From positions 18,164 to 82,163 of IMG/VR virus record IMGVR_UViG_3300033463_000075: a stretch of DNA of 64,000 nucleotides; one strand, given 5' to 3'. The translations under genes were made by a program, and so were the position numbers. Below, piece after piece: positions 1-9,056 of this stretch. The notes under the pieces are model-generated. The model was not told the DNA's origin. It worked only from the letters and a program-made list of their open reading frames with translations, and did no database searches. Source of the stretch: a virus. Taxonomy: Duplodnaviria > Caudoviricetes. The number at the start of each line of letters is the position of its first letter. The stretch's first letter is position 1.

Positions 1-23
1 TCATTAAAATTAATATCTGCCAT
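1..23 (-). CDS. 5' start of a gene running off the left edge (MADINFN...)
   Basis: ATG at 21-23 preceded by purine-rich SD-like AGAGGGAG; only 7 codons visible. Confidence 0.45.
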
Positions 24-42
24 TTTTTATTCTCCCTCTTTT

Positions 43-531
43 TTAGTCTTTAGTTAGTGGATTTAATATAGGTGCATCTGTCCAAGTAGCTGGTGCATAC
101 TTAGGTGCTTTAGATTCATCTGTGTGCTCTTTAATAAACTCTGTCTCTTTTTCATCATAGTAGTGCAAACGATATTTTCTTGCATCTTCACTTAAGAATA
201 ATATTATTAGCACATATCTTTTGAAGTTAGTGTTTATAGCTAGCTTATATTCAAGCCCCTTAGACCACTTCAGAGTTCCAATTAAACCATCTATTTCATA
301 CAAGTTATCATTGATGCTATATTCTATATCGGCTTCAGTTTTTGGTAGCTCCATATAACAGAAGTTATAATCTATAAGACCTTTAGCTTTAGCTTCTTCT
401 TCAGTGCATATAATATCACCATATTGTTCCTTAACTGCTTTCTCAGCCATTGGTATAAATTCTTCTCTGCTTACTGCCTTAGGTGCTAAATTTGAAAGCT
501 CATCATATGTATCATTAAATGTATCTGGCAT
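43..531 (-). CDS. hypothetical late protein with capsid-targeting-like N-terminus (162 aa)
   Basis: Track ORF 43..570; start moved to ATG 531 (SD GAGG; late motif lies at 560-568); TAA stop. Confidence 0.75.
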   Translation of the reverse strand: MPDTFNDTYDELSNLAPKAVSREEFIPMAEKAVKEQYGDIICTEEEAKAKGLIDYNFCYMELPKTEADIEYSINDNLYEIDGLIGTLKWSKGLEYKLAINTNFKRYVLIILFLSEDARKYRLHYYDEKETEFIKEHTDESKAPKYAPATWTDAPILNPLTKD

Positions 532-559
532 TTTTATAACCTCACAAAAAGTAATCGTA

Positions 560-568
560 TAATTTAGC
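560..568 (-). promoter_or_regulatory. GCTAAATTA putative late promoter
   Basis: Exact copy of recurrent intergenic motif, 29 nt upstream of ATG 531. Confidence 0.7.
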
Positions 569-603
569 ATATTTATGCAAGAAAAAAGTAAGCATCTTTC
601 AGC

Positions 604-996
604 TTACTTTACTTCTACATCAAATAGCTTATGTACCTTCTCTTGCACTATCCAAAAGGCTGTCATTAGCTCTGTAGGTTGCTGTTTACTTGAAAGCTTT
701 TCTTCTAAACATTTTAATGCCTCATCAAGTATGAATGCTTCTTGCTGTGTTAATTCAAGGTTTAATGTTTTGTTATATTGCTGTGTTGGATCATACTTAT
801 TACCTTCTTCATCATTATATTCTATATAGCAAGGTTTCTTGTATCTAATCTTTTCAAATGCTCCTAATTTGCAAGATGGACAAACATAATAATTATTTTG
901 ACAGCCCTCAAAGTTATAGTCTACATCATCTACATACATATCATTTCCACAGCGTGGACAGCTTAATTTATGTGTATATTCATTTCCTATACTCAT
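604..996 (-). CDS. zinc-ribbon hypothetical protein
   Basis: CPRC...CPSC motifs; TAA stop; no TGA. Confidence 0.75.
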   Translation of the reverse strand: MSIGNEYTHKLSCPRCGNDMYVDDVDYNFEGCQNNYYVCPSCKLGAFEKIRYKKPCYIEYNDEEGNKYDPTQQYNKTLNLELTQQEAFILDEALKCLEEKLSSKQQPTELMTAFWIVQEKVHKLFDVEVK

Positions 997-999
997 AAT

Positions 1000-1203
1000 T
1001 TATTTCTCCTTATTTTCTTTAAGTGATAATGTTTTAGTTAGTAAATCAAAGCAGTCATTACATAAAGACATTTGCATAATATCATGCTCTCTATTTATAG
1101 CATCCACCCAATATGTTGTTATTGTTATGCACTCTTCATTGTCCTCAATACTTTTACAGCAACTATTACAACAACCGCCTAATTTCTCTTTTATTCGAAA
1201 CAT
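1000..1203 (-). CDS. small Cys-rich hypothetical protein
   Basis: CCNSC...CNDC; SD GGAG; TAA stop. Confidence 0.65.
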   Translation of the reverse strand: MFRIKEKLGGCCNSCCKSIEDNEECITITTYWVDAINREHDIMQMSLCNDCFDLLTKTLSLKENKEK

Positions 1204-1274
1204 TATAGTTCTCCTCTATCACTTAGCGCTCCTACTCTGCAAAAGCACCCTAATATAAATAGTGTAATCATAAT

Positions 1275-1601
1275 CTAAATCCTCATATTATTTATTACTG
1301 ACCAAGGTGTTTCCTTTTCAGCCAATTCTTGTCCTGCTTCTTTTGGCACATCACTAAATAAGTCACTTGGTGATAAGCTTGAAACAAACCCACAATGAGG
1401 ACATTTCCTTCCTAAAGACTTTAGAGAAAATTGCTTTGGATCTACCTTATAATCATCTTCAGTTCTATTAGCTCTTTCATAGGTAGCTTCACTTTCTAAT
1501 GCAAAATAAATCTTATGACAACAAGGACATTCAAGTGTTCTTATCTTTTCACCTGTTTTTAAAGCTTCATTAGTTACTTCTTCTAAGTTAGTATAATTCA
1601 T
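1275..1601 (-). CDS. zinc-ribbon hypothetical protein
   Basis: CPCC...CPHC; SD GAGG; TAG stop. Confidence 0.75.
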   Translation of the reverse strand: MNYTNLEEVTNEALKTGEKIRTLECPCCHKIYFALESEATYERANRTEDDYKVDPKQFSLKSLGRKCPHCGFVSSLSPSDLFSDVPKEAGQELAEKETPWSVINNMRI

Positions 1602-1609
1602 ACTTGCCT

Positions 1610-1867
1610 CTATGGATTCACCATTATTATTATGTGTTGATCATGCACACCGTAAAGTGCAATCTCAGGCTTTCCATCTTTTGGCTTTTGCACAGTAACT
1701 ATATATAGTTTGTCTATTAAGTCAGGTCTATCATTCATTATTCTATGATAATCTATACCTGCTCTAAAGTCATAAATTATAAGCTTTCCTTCTGGTCTAA
1801 CTTTTAAAAAGTTATCTAATGCATCATAAATATTTTGGTATCTTAAATCATTTAATTCTGGTGTCAT
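1610..1867 (-). CDS. hypothetical protein
   Basis: Track 1610..1963; more likely start ATG 1867 after SD GGGAGG; TAG stop. Confidence 0.65.
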   Translation of the reverse strand: MTPELNDLRYQNIYDALDNFLKVRPEGKLIIYDFRAGIDYHRIMNDRPDLIDKLYIVTVQKPKDGKPEIALYGVHDQHIIIMVNP

Positions 1868-1881
1868 ATTAGCCCTCCCCT

Positions 1882-2631
1882 TTATGCTGCCATTCCTAAA
1901 GCTCTTTTCACTGTTGACATTGAACAAGGTGATACAATACCTCTTGCTACATTTTCTGCACAATTACCAGATAAAAATTGAATACCTAATACTTTGCTAT
2001 GACTATTTATAGCACTAGTTACCTTATCAACCTTTAAGCCAGCTACAGAAGAAACTACTTTATTTATAAACCATTCTACATTATTCACTTGAATAACTGC
2101 TGTCTGTGGGTTTATCTCAACTGCATTTGTTTTTACTTCTGTATTAGTTGCATCTTTAATTTGCATCTTTGCTACACCATAATCAGCCATAGTAGCTGTC
2201 TCTTCAAAAGCAGTGCTGTCATCTTGCTCAGCTTCTTTGCTTGAATATAGTGTTAAGTCACATAATGCTTTTAGCTTAAACCTACTCTTAGCCGGTATCT
2301 CTGGCAGGTCATCTAAGCTTAGCGTATTTAGCTGGCTAGCTAAAGATTTCATATTAGTTCTAAAAGATAAGTACTTCTTCATTTGCTTTATAAACTTTGC
2401 TTCTTGAATAGCAGTTAAATTACCCATTCCAATAATATGATAAAAATCTACCATAATTATTTCAGTCATAACTGCTGATTCTTTTTTGCAAAACTCTCTT
2501 AAAGCAGATAAATCTTTTAAGGTCATATTAGCTAGATCTTCCGTTGTTTTAATGTTAGCTAAATACTTTTCACATTCAGTTATTCTTGTTTCTAATGCAG
2601 TTGTAATCTTGTCAAAACTTTCTTTAATCAA
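1882..2631 (-). CDS. hypothetical protein (249 aa)
   Basis: TTG start with GGAGG SD; long open frame; TAA stop. Confidence 0.8.
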   Translation of the reverse strand: MIKESFDKITTALETRITECEKYLANIKTTEDLANMTLKDLSALREFCKKESAVMTEIIMVDFYHIIGMGNLTAIQEAKFIKQMKKYLSFRTNMKSLASQLNTLSLDDLPEIPAKSRFKLKALCDLTLYSSKEAEQDDSTAFEETATMADYGVAKMQIKDATNTEVKTNAVEINPQTAVIQVNNVEWFINKVVSSVAGLKVDKVTSAINSHSKVLGIQFLSGNCAENVARGIVSPCSMSTVKRALGMAA

Positions 2632-2747
2632 TTTAAAGCACCTCCATAATCGCTCATAATATTATACAGCACTCCTAAGTCAAAATAACCATTTTGTTTC
2701 AAATTTTAAGTGAATAAAAAACTTTGCACAGATTTTACATTTATATG

Positions 2748-2776
2748 TTTACTTTTTGTGCATTGTGTTGTATAAT
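2748..2776 (+). promoter_or_regulatory. sigma70-type promoter
   Basis: TTTACT-N17-TATAAT upstream of SD AAGGAG and ATG 2801. Confidence 0.65.
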
Positions 2777-2800
2777 ATATAAAGAAGGAGATGATGAAAT

Positions 2801-3256
2801 ATGATTAGAGACGAAGCAGTAAAATTAATTTATAATGTAAAATTAATATCTGCACCTTTATATGGTGAATATAAAGAAAAGTCAGATTTTAGCCATATTC
2901 TTTGGGAAAACTGTACTACACATAGTAAAGAAAAAGCTGAATATAAATATGATGTTTTTATAAAAATAGCAACTTCTAAAGCTTTACATCATGCAAAGAA
3001 TACACCATTGCATAAATATAAAGTTGTAATGACAGTTGCTGAAGAAACATTAACTGAAAGCATACAAAATAAAACTATTATAAAAGAAGAAGAAGTCTAT
3101 GATAAGACTTCTACATATGAGCTTCCTATTAAAGTTAGAGATAATACAGGTCAAACTGAAACAAAACTTGTAAAAGTTGAGCTTCCTGATATTTTAGATA
3201 GAGGACAATCACATATGACCTATATAAATAGGCAAATAGAATTAGCTAGGCAATAA
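2801..3256 (+). CDS. hypothetical protein; only convincing plus-strand gene
   Basis: Own promoter, SD AAGGAG, TAA stop inside a terminator hairpin. Confidence 0.8.
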   Translation: MIRDEAVKLIYNVKLISAPLYGEYKEKSDFSHILWENCTTHSKEKAEYKYDVFIKIATSKALHHAKNTPLHKYKVVMTVAEETLTESIQNKTIIKEEEVYDKTSTYELPIKVRDNTGQTETKLVKVELPDILDRGQSHMTYINRQIELARQ

Positions 3257-3269
3257 ACCTAGCTAATTC
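3239..3269. terminator. probable bidirectional terminator between convergent genes
   Basis: Perfect 12-bp stem GAATTAGCTAGG/CCTAGCTAATTC, 7-nt loop, T-rich flank. Confidence 0.75.
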
Positions 3270-3285
3270 TTTTGTTATTATTTTA

Positions 3286-3990
3286 TTAAATATTTACTAC
3301 AAGCTTGCTATTTATAGTATCAATTAGCTTTTCTGCAGAGGCTTTATCAATAGCTTTTATATCATCCAAAGCTTGTTGTATTTCATTGTCTTCTTCTACT
3401 TCTGCTTCTGGGATAAGTTGAAGTCTTATATAATCTTTTTGTTCATCTGTTAGTGGCTTTCTATATTCATCTTCTAACTTATCAATTCTCTTTTCTATAG
3501 CTTTAGCTATTTTGCCTTTTTTATACTTTTGTAGTTTATCTACAAACTTATTGTAAAGCTTTTTAATTGCAGCTCTGCCAGTCTTAGAAGTTAAGCACAC
3601 TCCTGCTGCAGTAAGCCCACTAAATAGAAGTGGCAATAACCAGCTTGTAGTTGGGTTTACAGCTATACCTAAAATACCTGCTACTAAAAATATATTTTCT
3701 TTAACAAATTCGGCGGCTCCTGCACTTGCAATTCCACCAGCAACTTTATCTATAAGTAGCTCAGCATCATCACCTAAAGCTTTATTAGTTTCTTTATCTT
3801 TAAGTGCAAGTAAATCAGCTTTCATATCAGACAACTTTTTAGCTTCAGTTAAAACAGTTTCTAAGCTATCTAAATTAGCCAATAATTCAGCATCACTTAT
3901 AGGTTTAATTTCTGCTTCTTCATTTATGAATTCAAGCAAAGAATAAACATCATTAAAGTTATCTAAGTTGTCATATAACTTTTTATCCAT
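3286..3990 (-). CDS. putative membrane-associated virion/internal protein
   Basis: Hydrophobic stretch IFLVAGILGIAV...LLPLLFSGLTAAGVCL; capsid-targeting-like N-terminus; TAA stop. Confidence 0.75.
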   Translation of the reverse strand: MDKKLYDNLDNFNDVYSLLEFINEEAEIKPISDAELLANLDSLETVLTEAKKLSDMKADLLALKDKETNKALGDDAELLIDKVAGGIASAGAAEFVKENIFLVAGILGIAVNPTTSWLLPLLFSGLTAAGVCLTSKTGRAAIKKLYNKFVDKLQKYKKGKIAKAIEKRIDKLEDEYRKPLTDEQKDYIRLQLIPEAEVEEDNEIQQALDDIKAIDKASAEKLIDTINSKLVVNI

Positions 3991-4874
3991 TATTCTTCCT
4001 CTTGCTCAAGTGGCTCAGTATAAACTAAGTCATGATCTTCTTTAACTTTTTCTAAAAATTCCTTATGAGCTATTTCTTCAGTTTTAATCTTTTCTAGTTG
4101 CTCTTTAACATTGGCATCTTCATCATCTAAAGCGGCAATAATTAAATCATAGCCATCAATAGCTTCTTGTTCATCAGCTGCTAAGAAGTCCATTTTATCT
4201 TCAAAGCTTTCTGGTATTTCTGGCTCTTCTTCAGCATCCTCAGTTAAGCTTTCTTTTGTAGCTACTGTAGCAGCTTGCACAGAATTTGCAAAGCCTTTAA
4301 CAGCGTCATTTATAGCTCCATTGTAAGCAGGGTCTTTAAGCATATCCATTATTTCTTTTTGTATCTCTTCTAAAGTCTTTTTTGGATTCTTCTTAAATAA
4401 GTCTTTTAATATTCCTTCATTAAGATCTTCATCAAGCCAGCCTCTACTCTTTAAGTATGCTTTTGTTTCTTCCATTGTTTTAAAGTCTTTATTGCAGCGT
4501 CTCCATTGGCCTTGGTCTCTTATTCAAGCACTATATGGGTTAGCAATTAAGCCACCACCATCATTGCATAGTATCTTGTATAAGCTTCCTTCTTCAACTA
4601 CATTTTTTAATTGGACATCTTCATTAATAGGCTCATCCATAATGCTATTGATTTGGAAGTTTGGGCCCAATTCTTTCTTGTAGTTAATAAGCATAGTTGT
4701 TATGTCATCAATGCAATCTGGATGTTCTTTTTTATAAGCAGCCTTAAATTCCTCTAATTCTTTTAAATTAGTAATACCAATATCATACGCAAGTCTTAAT
4801 GTATACTCACCTGCTGAAATTGGGCTCTCATTTAATGCTGTTAGTTCTTCATAAACACTGTTAAATTCTTTCAT
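3990..4874 (-). CDS. 294-aa protein with C-terminal ferritin-like (ExxH) helices, via 1 TGA
   Basis: TGA 4524-4526 joins track ORFs 4524..4874 and 3990..4475 in frame; DEQEAIDGY...KTEEIAH motif. Confidence 0.75.
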
Positions 4875-5391
4875 TTATATCTCCTTTCTTGTTTCTTGCA
4901 TAGCTATCAGTTTGTGTATGGCAATTTGGGCATAATATTTGCAAGTTATCTAAAGTATTGTTTTTCTCATTTCCATCTTTATGATGAAGCTGCAAAGTAA
5001 GCTCCTTGCCATTTCAAATAGGACCTTGACCACATTCTTCACATCTATAAGGTCTTCCAGTAGCTACTAATCTTCTTAAAGTATTTTGGTTATTTCTTGC
5101 CTGATCTAATGTATAATAATCAGCATCGGAAGTTTCTCTATTAAACTTACTAAAATCTAAACCAAATTCATTTCCAACAGCTTTTATAAGCTTAGCTGTT
5201 TTTTCTGCAATTTTATTTTGTCTTTCACCAATTAAAGTATAACCAAGATCTTTTGCAAGCTGATAAAAATATTTATAGCTGTTAACTCTATCTTGGTCTC
5301 ATTCACCACTAGCAAAAGCTCTTCTTGCTAAGCTGTCAGTTTCTTCTTCATATAATGAATCTAGCTCTTTAAATGTGTCTTTTAGCTCCAT
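4861..5391 (-). CDS. HNH endonuclease (176 aa, 2 TGA), absent from ORF track
   Basis: CEECGQGPI[TGA]NGKELTLQLHHKDGNEKNNTLDNLQILCPNCHTQT; SD AGGAG; TAA at 4861-4863. Confidence 0.85.
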
Positions 5392-5423
5392 TTAGTAACT
5401 CCTAAAAACTACTATCGTCGTAA

Positions 5424-5432
5424 TAATTTAGC
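5424..5432 (-). promoter_or_regulatory. GCTAAATTA putative late promoter
   Basis: Exact motif between terminator and ATG 5391. Confidence 0.7.
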
Positions 5433-5440
5433 AAAAAAAA

Positions 5441-5464
5441 TAGCCTTAATTTTCATTAAGACTA
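5441..5464 (-). terminator. intrinsic terminator
   Basis: TAGTCTTAAT/ATTAAGGCTA stem (one G-U) followed by T8 on minus strand. Confidence 0.75.
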
Positions 5465-5549
5465 TCTTTGTTAAACAAATTGCTTATTATATTCCTTTTA
5501 CTAGTTCTTGGGCTTATTATGAGCTCATACTAACCTTTCAGCAACTTGC

Positions 5550-5828
5550 TTATCCTTTTGCAAAAATCTTTGGTCTTATTGGAAAGCTTATATCATCAGC
5601 TTTAATAAATTCAGCTATTGCTAAGACTTCATCAAAAGTTAAATCTGTGCTAAATGAAAAGCCTTCACCTAAAGTTGAATCAGAGCAGTAAACTGTTTTA
5701 GCTACCTTATCAATCATAATAGTATGCAAGTATTTTTCTCTTGCATCATCTTCTATCTCTTTTTCGAACTCAAAATAATCTGGGTCCTTATAAAGTTTTC
5801 TTCTAAAACCTAATTCTTCAAATGTCAT
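5550..5828 (-). CDS. hypothetical protein
   Basis: SD AGGAG; TAA stop. Confidence 0.7.
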   Translation of the reverse strand: MTFEELGFRRKLYKDPDYFEFEKEIEDDAREKYLHTIMIDKVAKTVYCSDSTLGEGFSFSTDLTFDEVLAIAEFIKADDISFPIRPKIFAKG

Positions 5829-5913
5829 ATTATATCTCCTTTTATACGTAGGCCCCCGGCATATTATATATTTATAACCTATTAAAAGCTATAAAATAAG
5901 GGGGGGGCTATAA

Positions 5914-5994
5914 TTATTTCTTCATTATAAATGCAAAGTTAATTGCACTAAATACTAAGCTTACTATTGCTAAAATTAAAGCTGTAATCTCCAT
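5914..5994 (-). CDS. 26-aa hydrophobic peptide
   Basis: MEITALILAIVSLVFSAINFAFIMKK; tightly coupled to upstream gene. Confidence 0.5.
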   Translation of the reverse strand: MEITALILAIVSLVFSAINFAFIMKK

Positions 5995-5997
5995 AAT

Positions 5998-6096
5998 CTA
6001 ATTCTCCTCATCATTATGTTGTTCAACACCTCTCATGAATAAGATTGCTGAAACCATTATAATAGCTATACAAATAAAACCTACTACTACTTTCAT
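5998..6096 (-). CDS. 32-aa single-TM peptide
   Basis: MKVVVGFICIAIIMVSAILFMRGVEQHNDEEN; ATG 1 nt after upstream TAA; TAG stop. Confidence 0.55.
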   Translation of the reverse strand: MKVVVGFICIAIIMVSAILFMRGVEQHNDEEN

Positions 6097-6097
6097 T

Positions 6098-6637
6098 TTA
6101 TTCTTTCTCCCCAAGTATTTGTTCAACTAAGCCTACGACCTCATTATAGCCCGATTCACAGCCTTCGGTAGTAAAGTAAGATATTTTCTCAGCATCTAAT
6201 AATTCTCTTGTCAGTGTGTCAATATCTTTAGCTTCATCCTCAGTTTGATTTCGGCCATTAGGGTTATATGGCTTAACTCTTTTTAACATAATATTTATAT
6301 TGTTATTTTTATATCTATTAAACTCTTCTATCATAGCAGCTTTAAGCATTGGTCGGTCAGGGCTACAATATAAAGCACCTAAAATAATTGGGCTGTCAGT
6401 GATAATAACATCAACCTTACCGAAGCATCTGGCTACTCTCCAGCTTTGTTTTCCTGTAATATAAAATTGATTTTCAAAGACTTGTTTATTTCCTTCCCAT
6501 ACTTTGTCTTTTGCAAATTCAGGGATATATTCTGCATCATATCCTGCCATCTTTAATCTGCTAAAAATGTAAGCTGCTCCTGTGCTCTTTCCACAACCAG
6601 GTCCTCCAAACAAATTTACAATAAGTGTATCTTTCAT
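6098..6637 (-). CDS. P-loop NTPase/kinase (NadR/AAA_28-like)
   Basis: Walker A GGPGCGKST; VIITDSP; no TGA. Confidence 0.8.
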   Translation of the reverse strand: MKDTLIVNLFGGPGCGKSTGAAYIFSRLKMAGYDAEYIPEFAKDKVWEGNKQVFENQFYITGKQSWRVARCFGKVDVIITDSPIILGALYCSPDRPMLKAAMIEEFNRYKNNNINIMLKRVKPYNPNGRNQTEDEAKDIDTLTRELLDAEKISYFTTEGCESGYNEVVGLVEQILGEKE

Positions 6638-6638
6638 T

Positions 6639-7172
6639 TTATTCTCCTAAAATTATTTTATTCATTTTATCTAAATAAAGCATTCTATTATTTAGTGGTC
6701 TAAAATCTGGCGCAGCTTGAAGTGCTAAAGAAAAAATATCTACACACCCAACCGTATTAGCTTCAGCCCAATAAGCTTCATGCTTCATTCCCATTTTATG
6801 ATAAAGCTTACAAGCATCAAAGTTATCATTTAAGCTTGTATAAAGCCTCATATAAGCAAATCCTTGGTGTGCAAAATAATTTATGCTATTTGTTAAGATT
6901 CGCTTACCATAGCCTTTATTTCGCTTCTCAGGCATAACTCCAAACCAACCAAGCCAAGCTTCATCTAGATAGTCTTTATAAACATATATGCCAGTCATTC
7001 CAACAAGCTCTTTATTATCATAGACTAAATAATAATTAGCATACTCAATAAAGTCTAAATCAGTTAAGTCAATTGGTATAGCTTTAGAAAAATCTTCATT
7101 AGGAAAAATATCTTGCTGAGCCCTTTTTAAATCTAAGACATCTTCTTTAGTAATCAGCTTATACTCAAGCAT
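6639..7172 (-). CDS. GNAT family N-acetyltransferase
   Basis: FGVMPEKRNKGYG acetyl-CoA motif; LYHKMG motif; no TGA. Confidence 0.85.
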   Translation of the reverse strand: MLEYKLITKEDVLDLKRAQQDIFPNEDFSKAIPIDLTDLDFIEYANYYLVYDNKELVGMTGIYVYKDYLDEAWLGWFGVMPEKRNKGYGKRILTNSINYFAHQGFAYMRLYTSLNDNFDACKLYHKMGMKHEAYWAEANTVGCVDIFSLALQAAPDFRPLNNRMLYLDKMNKIILGE

Positions 7173-7360
7173 TATTTCAACCTCACTTTAATATCTAAGT
7201 CATATTTATGGCCTGCATTTTCTCTTAGCTGATATAAGCTTTGTGCTTCCACTTGTAAGCGAGCCAAAGCATCTCGATCATTTTCAAGCATTGCTCTAAG
7301 TGTCTTAACAAAAAGCTCTTCATATGCTATTTCTATCTCTCGTGTATAATCTTTCTTCAT
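7172..7360 (-). CDS. hypothetical protein
   Basis: Downstream of TGTATAAT -10-like site; coupled to next gene. Confidence 0.65.
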   Translation of the reverse strand: MKKDYTREIEIAYEELFVKTLRAMLENDRDALARLQVEAQSLYQLRENAGHKYDLDIKVRLK

Positions 7361-7381
7361 ACTATATTATACAATAAAAAA

Positions 7382-7404
7382 GAGCCAGATTTTTAGTCTG
7401 ACTC
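7382..7404 (-). terminator. intrinsic terminator ending baseplate operon
   Basis: GAGTCAGA/TCTGGCTC stem then T6. Confidence 0.75.
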
Positions 7405-7425
7405 AAAATTATTTTAATTAAATAT

Positions 7426-7842
7426 TTAAATTTTTTTCCTTGATAATATTTTATAAACAGTTTCCATAGGATATTCATACTCATCATCTCAATTAGTATG
7501 GTCATAGTCTACTGTATATTCTTGGCTTATATCTTCAAAAGTAATTGTTATCTCTTTTTCTCTGCCACCCTTAAACTCATGAAACTCACCTGAAAGTATT
7601 AGCTCATCGTCTGTCTCATCATAAATATCATCTTTGCTTAAATAAAAATGACAAGGGTCATAAGCTTCATTCATGTGCTTAAAATATTCAACTTGTTTTA
7701 GTCGCTTCTCAGCTTCTTCTTTAGTATCATAAGTGCCCATGTTTCTGCCTTTCTCAGACTGCACTTGTCACTTACTGCCAAGCTTTACAATACGCTCCTG
7801 AAGCTGTGATAGCTCTTCATAAACCTCATCAAATGTGCTCAT
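7426..7842 (-). CDS. hypothetical late protein (138 aa, 2 TGA) with capsid-targeting-like N-terminus
   Basis: RIVKLGSK[TGA]QVQSEKGRNMGTYDTKEEAEKRL; TGA 7768 and 7489; TAA 7426. Confidence 0.75.
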
Positions 7843-7846
7843 AATA

Positions 7847-9034
7847 TTATGTTACTGATTTTTTAGTTATAGTTAGCACACCATCACTGTATGATACATC
7901 AATAGACCCATTAATATTAACTGTGCCTTTTATTTGTGTAGTTACACCATTAGTTCCTATGGTTGTATTACATGCATTTGCACCTGTATTTATGTTAGTA
8001 ATACCTGTAATTGATGTTGTATCTGTAATGGTTGTTCCACTATCATTTATTGTAAGCTTATTACTATTATCACGTTGTATATTTACACCTAAGTTACCTG
8101 GCGCATTTATGGTTATTGCACCATTTTTTATATCTGCACCATTTTTCGCTGTAAGCATGCCTGTAATTTCAGTGCCGCTATCTTTTACTGTAATACAGCT
8201 ATTTGCTGGGTTTTTGCTCTCAATAGTAATATTATCAACATTGTCATTAGCTTTAATTTTTGTAGCATTTATGTTAGTAGTACTTAAACTATTATCTATT
8301 ATTATTGTTTGTGTCGTGCTGCTGCCTACAGATAGTTGTTGGCCAGCAGCTATGTTTACAGGTTTATTAAAATTGATTTTATGTTTTAATATCTCTGCAC
8401 TATATACAGTATTATTGCCAGAGCCACCTAATGCTATTTTTGTGTCACCATTTATAAGTGTGTCACCATCATTGCTGCCATGGTTTATCTCTGGAAGTAA
8501 TGATTTATAATTTATTACGACTTTGCCACTAGTTAAAGTATCTTGAAATACCTTAAGTGTTATTCCATTAAAATTTGAAGCATCATAACCAATACCATGG
8601 AAATAATATTTATCACTATCGCTAGGGTGGTCTGGATCAATAGTTTTATCCAAGCATAGTGCAGATCCATCAATAGCACCAGTGTCTTTTAAGTAAGCTA
8701 GCACCTTTGTTTGATTATTATCACCGCTACTAATTGTTTTATCAACTGTATTAATACATAATGTTAATCCAGCTAACTCAGCATCTGTTTTATCAGATAG
8801 GTCTATATAAAAATAGTATCCTCCTAAAACACAATATAACTTTTTATTATCATTACTTATATCATACTTAATTAAATAGCTAGGTTTTCAGTGGCTGCTT
8901 GGTGTATTTGTAAAGTTAAATTCAGACTGAATTATTGCTTCAGCATTAAAGTAATATGTTTGGTCTCCAACTTTATATGAGCCCCTATATGCACATGGGA
9001 ATACATTAACATTTTTACTTAAAAAAAATTTCAT
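7847..9034 (-). CDS. putative tail fiber/baseplate-associated beta-rich protein (395 aa, 1 TGA)
   Basis: ATG 9034 with SD GGAG; TGA 8888; Thr/Asn/Gly-rich C-terminal half; last genes of baseplate operon. Confidence 0.65.
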
Positions 9035-9056
9035 ATTTATCTCCTTATAGCATTAT

